The notes under the pieces are model-generated. The model was not told the DNA's origin and did no database searches. It saw only the letters and a list, made by a program, of their open reading frames with translations. DNA of 64,000 nucleotides, taken from contig JASANG010002537.1 in the NCBI GenBank assembly GCA_030248215.1, positions 1-64,000 of the forward strand. Reading direction: 5' to 3'. The position numbers and the translations under genes are program-made. This stretch comes from Enoplolaimus lenunculus. Its lineage: Eukaryota. This document shows, one piece after another, positions 63,009 through 64,000 of the stretch; the stretch's first letter is position 1; every line of letters starts with the position of its first letter.

Positions 63009-64000
63009 GTAACGATCATGGGCAGACCGCTTTTCTGCAGGACTGCAATGGAGTAAGCGTAAGCTTTAAACTTTTGTTAAGGCACATACCTAAACTCATT
63101 CTTACGCTAAGGCTTAAGTTTGGCTTAGCCATTAATATGGTTATATTACTGTCACAGCCCTGTTCTATACATCGACCTATTCGCGTAATAGTTCGTATCA
63201 AGTTTAATTTTCATTGTTCTCAAATAATATTTAAATCGTTGATTTTAAGGGGTTCCTAAGGGCTGGGTTGTTTCGTACCCGAAAATTGTGGATCCGTCAT
63301 TGAAAACTAACCAATCAAAAACTAATCGAGTTATACACTGCGTATTACTACAGTTAAAAATACTACTACAGAGTAGCAAAAAAATTTAAATAATAAAAAT
63401 GAACTATAATTGTATATAATAGTTGCAAAACAGCACTGTAGTCTGTGCCAGTTCCAAATTCTACGTAACCCGAGGACTCATATTTTCTACGCGTTTTGAG
63501 GTGCCTGCGCATCCCAATTCTAATTACTCGGTGTATATTTCGCTGTGTGTTTTACGCTGTTAAGTCACTATTGAACTGAAAAAGTTTCATGGTACCCAGA
63601 TGTTATCAAAAGATAAGGACATGCATTTCTGGCCAAAATTTGTATGAGACGCACCAGCAACGGGGAGCATGAAAATGGTTTCAGATAAAATAAAAACTAT
63701 AGAAATAACGCTACTAAAAATATACTGTTCCGAGTTACCCAGTTGCGTTCGTAATCACATAGCTATCACGGCGAATTTTTACTTTTATGTACCGACTTTG
63801 AATACCAACTCAAACGGTGAGAGTGACACAAGGCTTTCAGTGTAACTTAATGGATACAACGGAAAAGTAGTAGTTACGAAACCGACATCTGGTCGTGTTC
63901 TATACATGAGCCTTTTTGCGGTACTTTTATAGCATCGTATCTCGTTGATTCAATGAGGTTAAATATTTCACTTTTGATTCTGATCGGAAAATTGTTTTGA

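Overview
AT-rich metazoan genomic DNA with spliceosomal introns. It is most likely from a nematode, inferred from TTTCAG/TTTTAG splice acceptors and abundant TTAGGC repeats. From left to right: (1) an apparently intact Ty3/Gypsy LTR retrotransposon (1-4575, 5' LTR cut by the window edge) with a tRNA-Trp-like PBS, a PPT and a G-GGA-AAC -1 frameshift site followed by a candidate pseudoknot; (2) a repeat-rich ~16 kb interval holding two single-ORF, minus-strand paralogous secreted-peptide precursors (signal peptide, CX3C-X6-CX3C hairpin, KR site, W-x4-W-x2-Y tail) that I cannot assign to a known family, the best candidate for novel biology here; (3) a 10-exon WDR74/NSA1 gene (+); (4) a convergent multi-exon secreted animal heme peroxidase (-) with intact catalytic motifs; (5) a Cordon-bleu-like gene (+) with KRAP motifs, poly-Q and a C-terminal WH2 motif. 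Many MITEs are scattered throughout, notably about 20 copies of a GGCC-terminated, 8-bp-TSD (Merlin-like) MITE family carrying internal TTAGGC telomere-type repeats, plus hAT-, CACTG- and TA-TSD MITEs, some of them nested. All exon structures were inferred by eye and no database searches were run.
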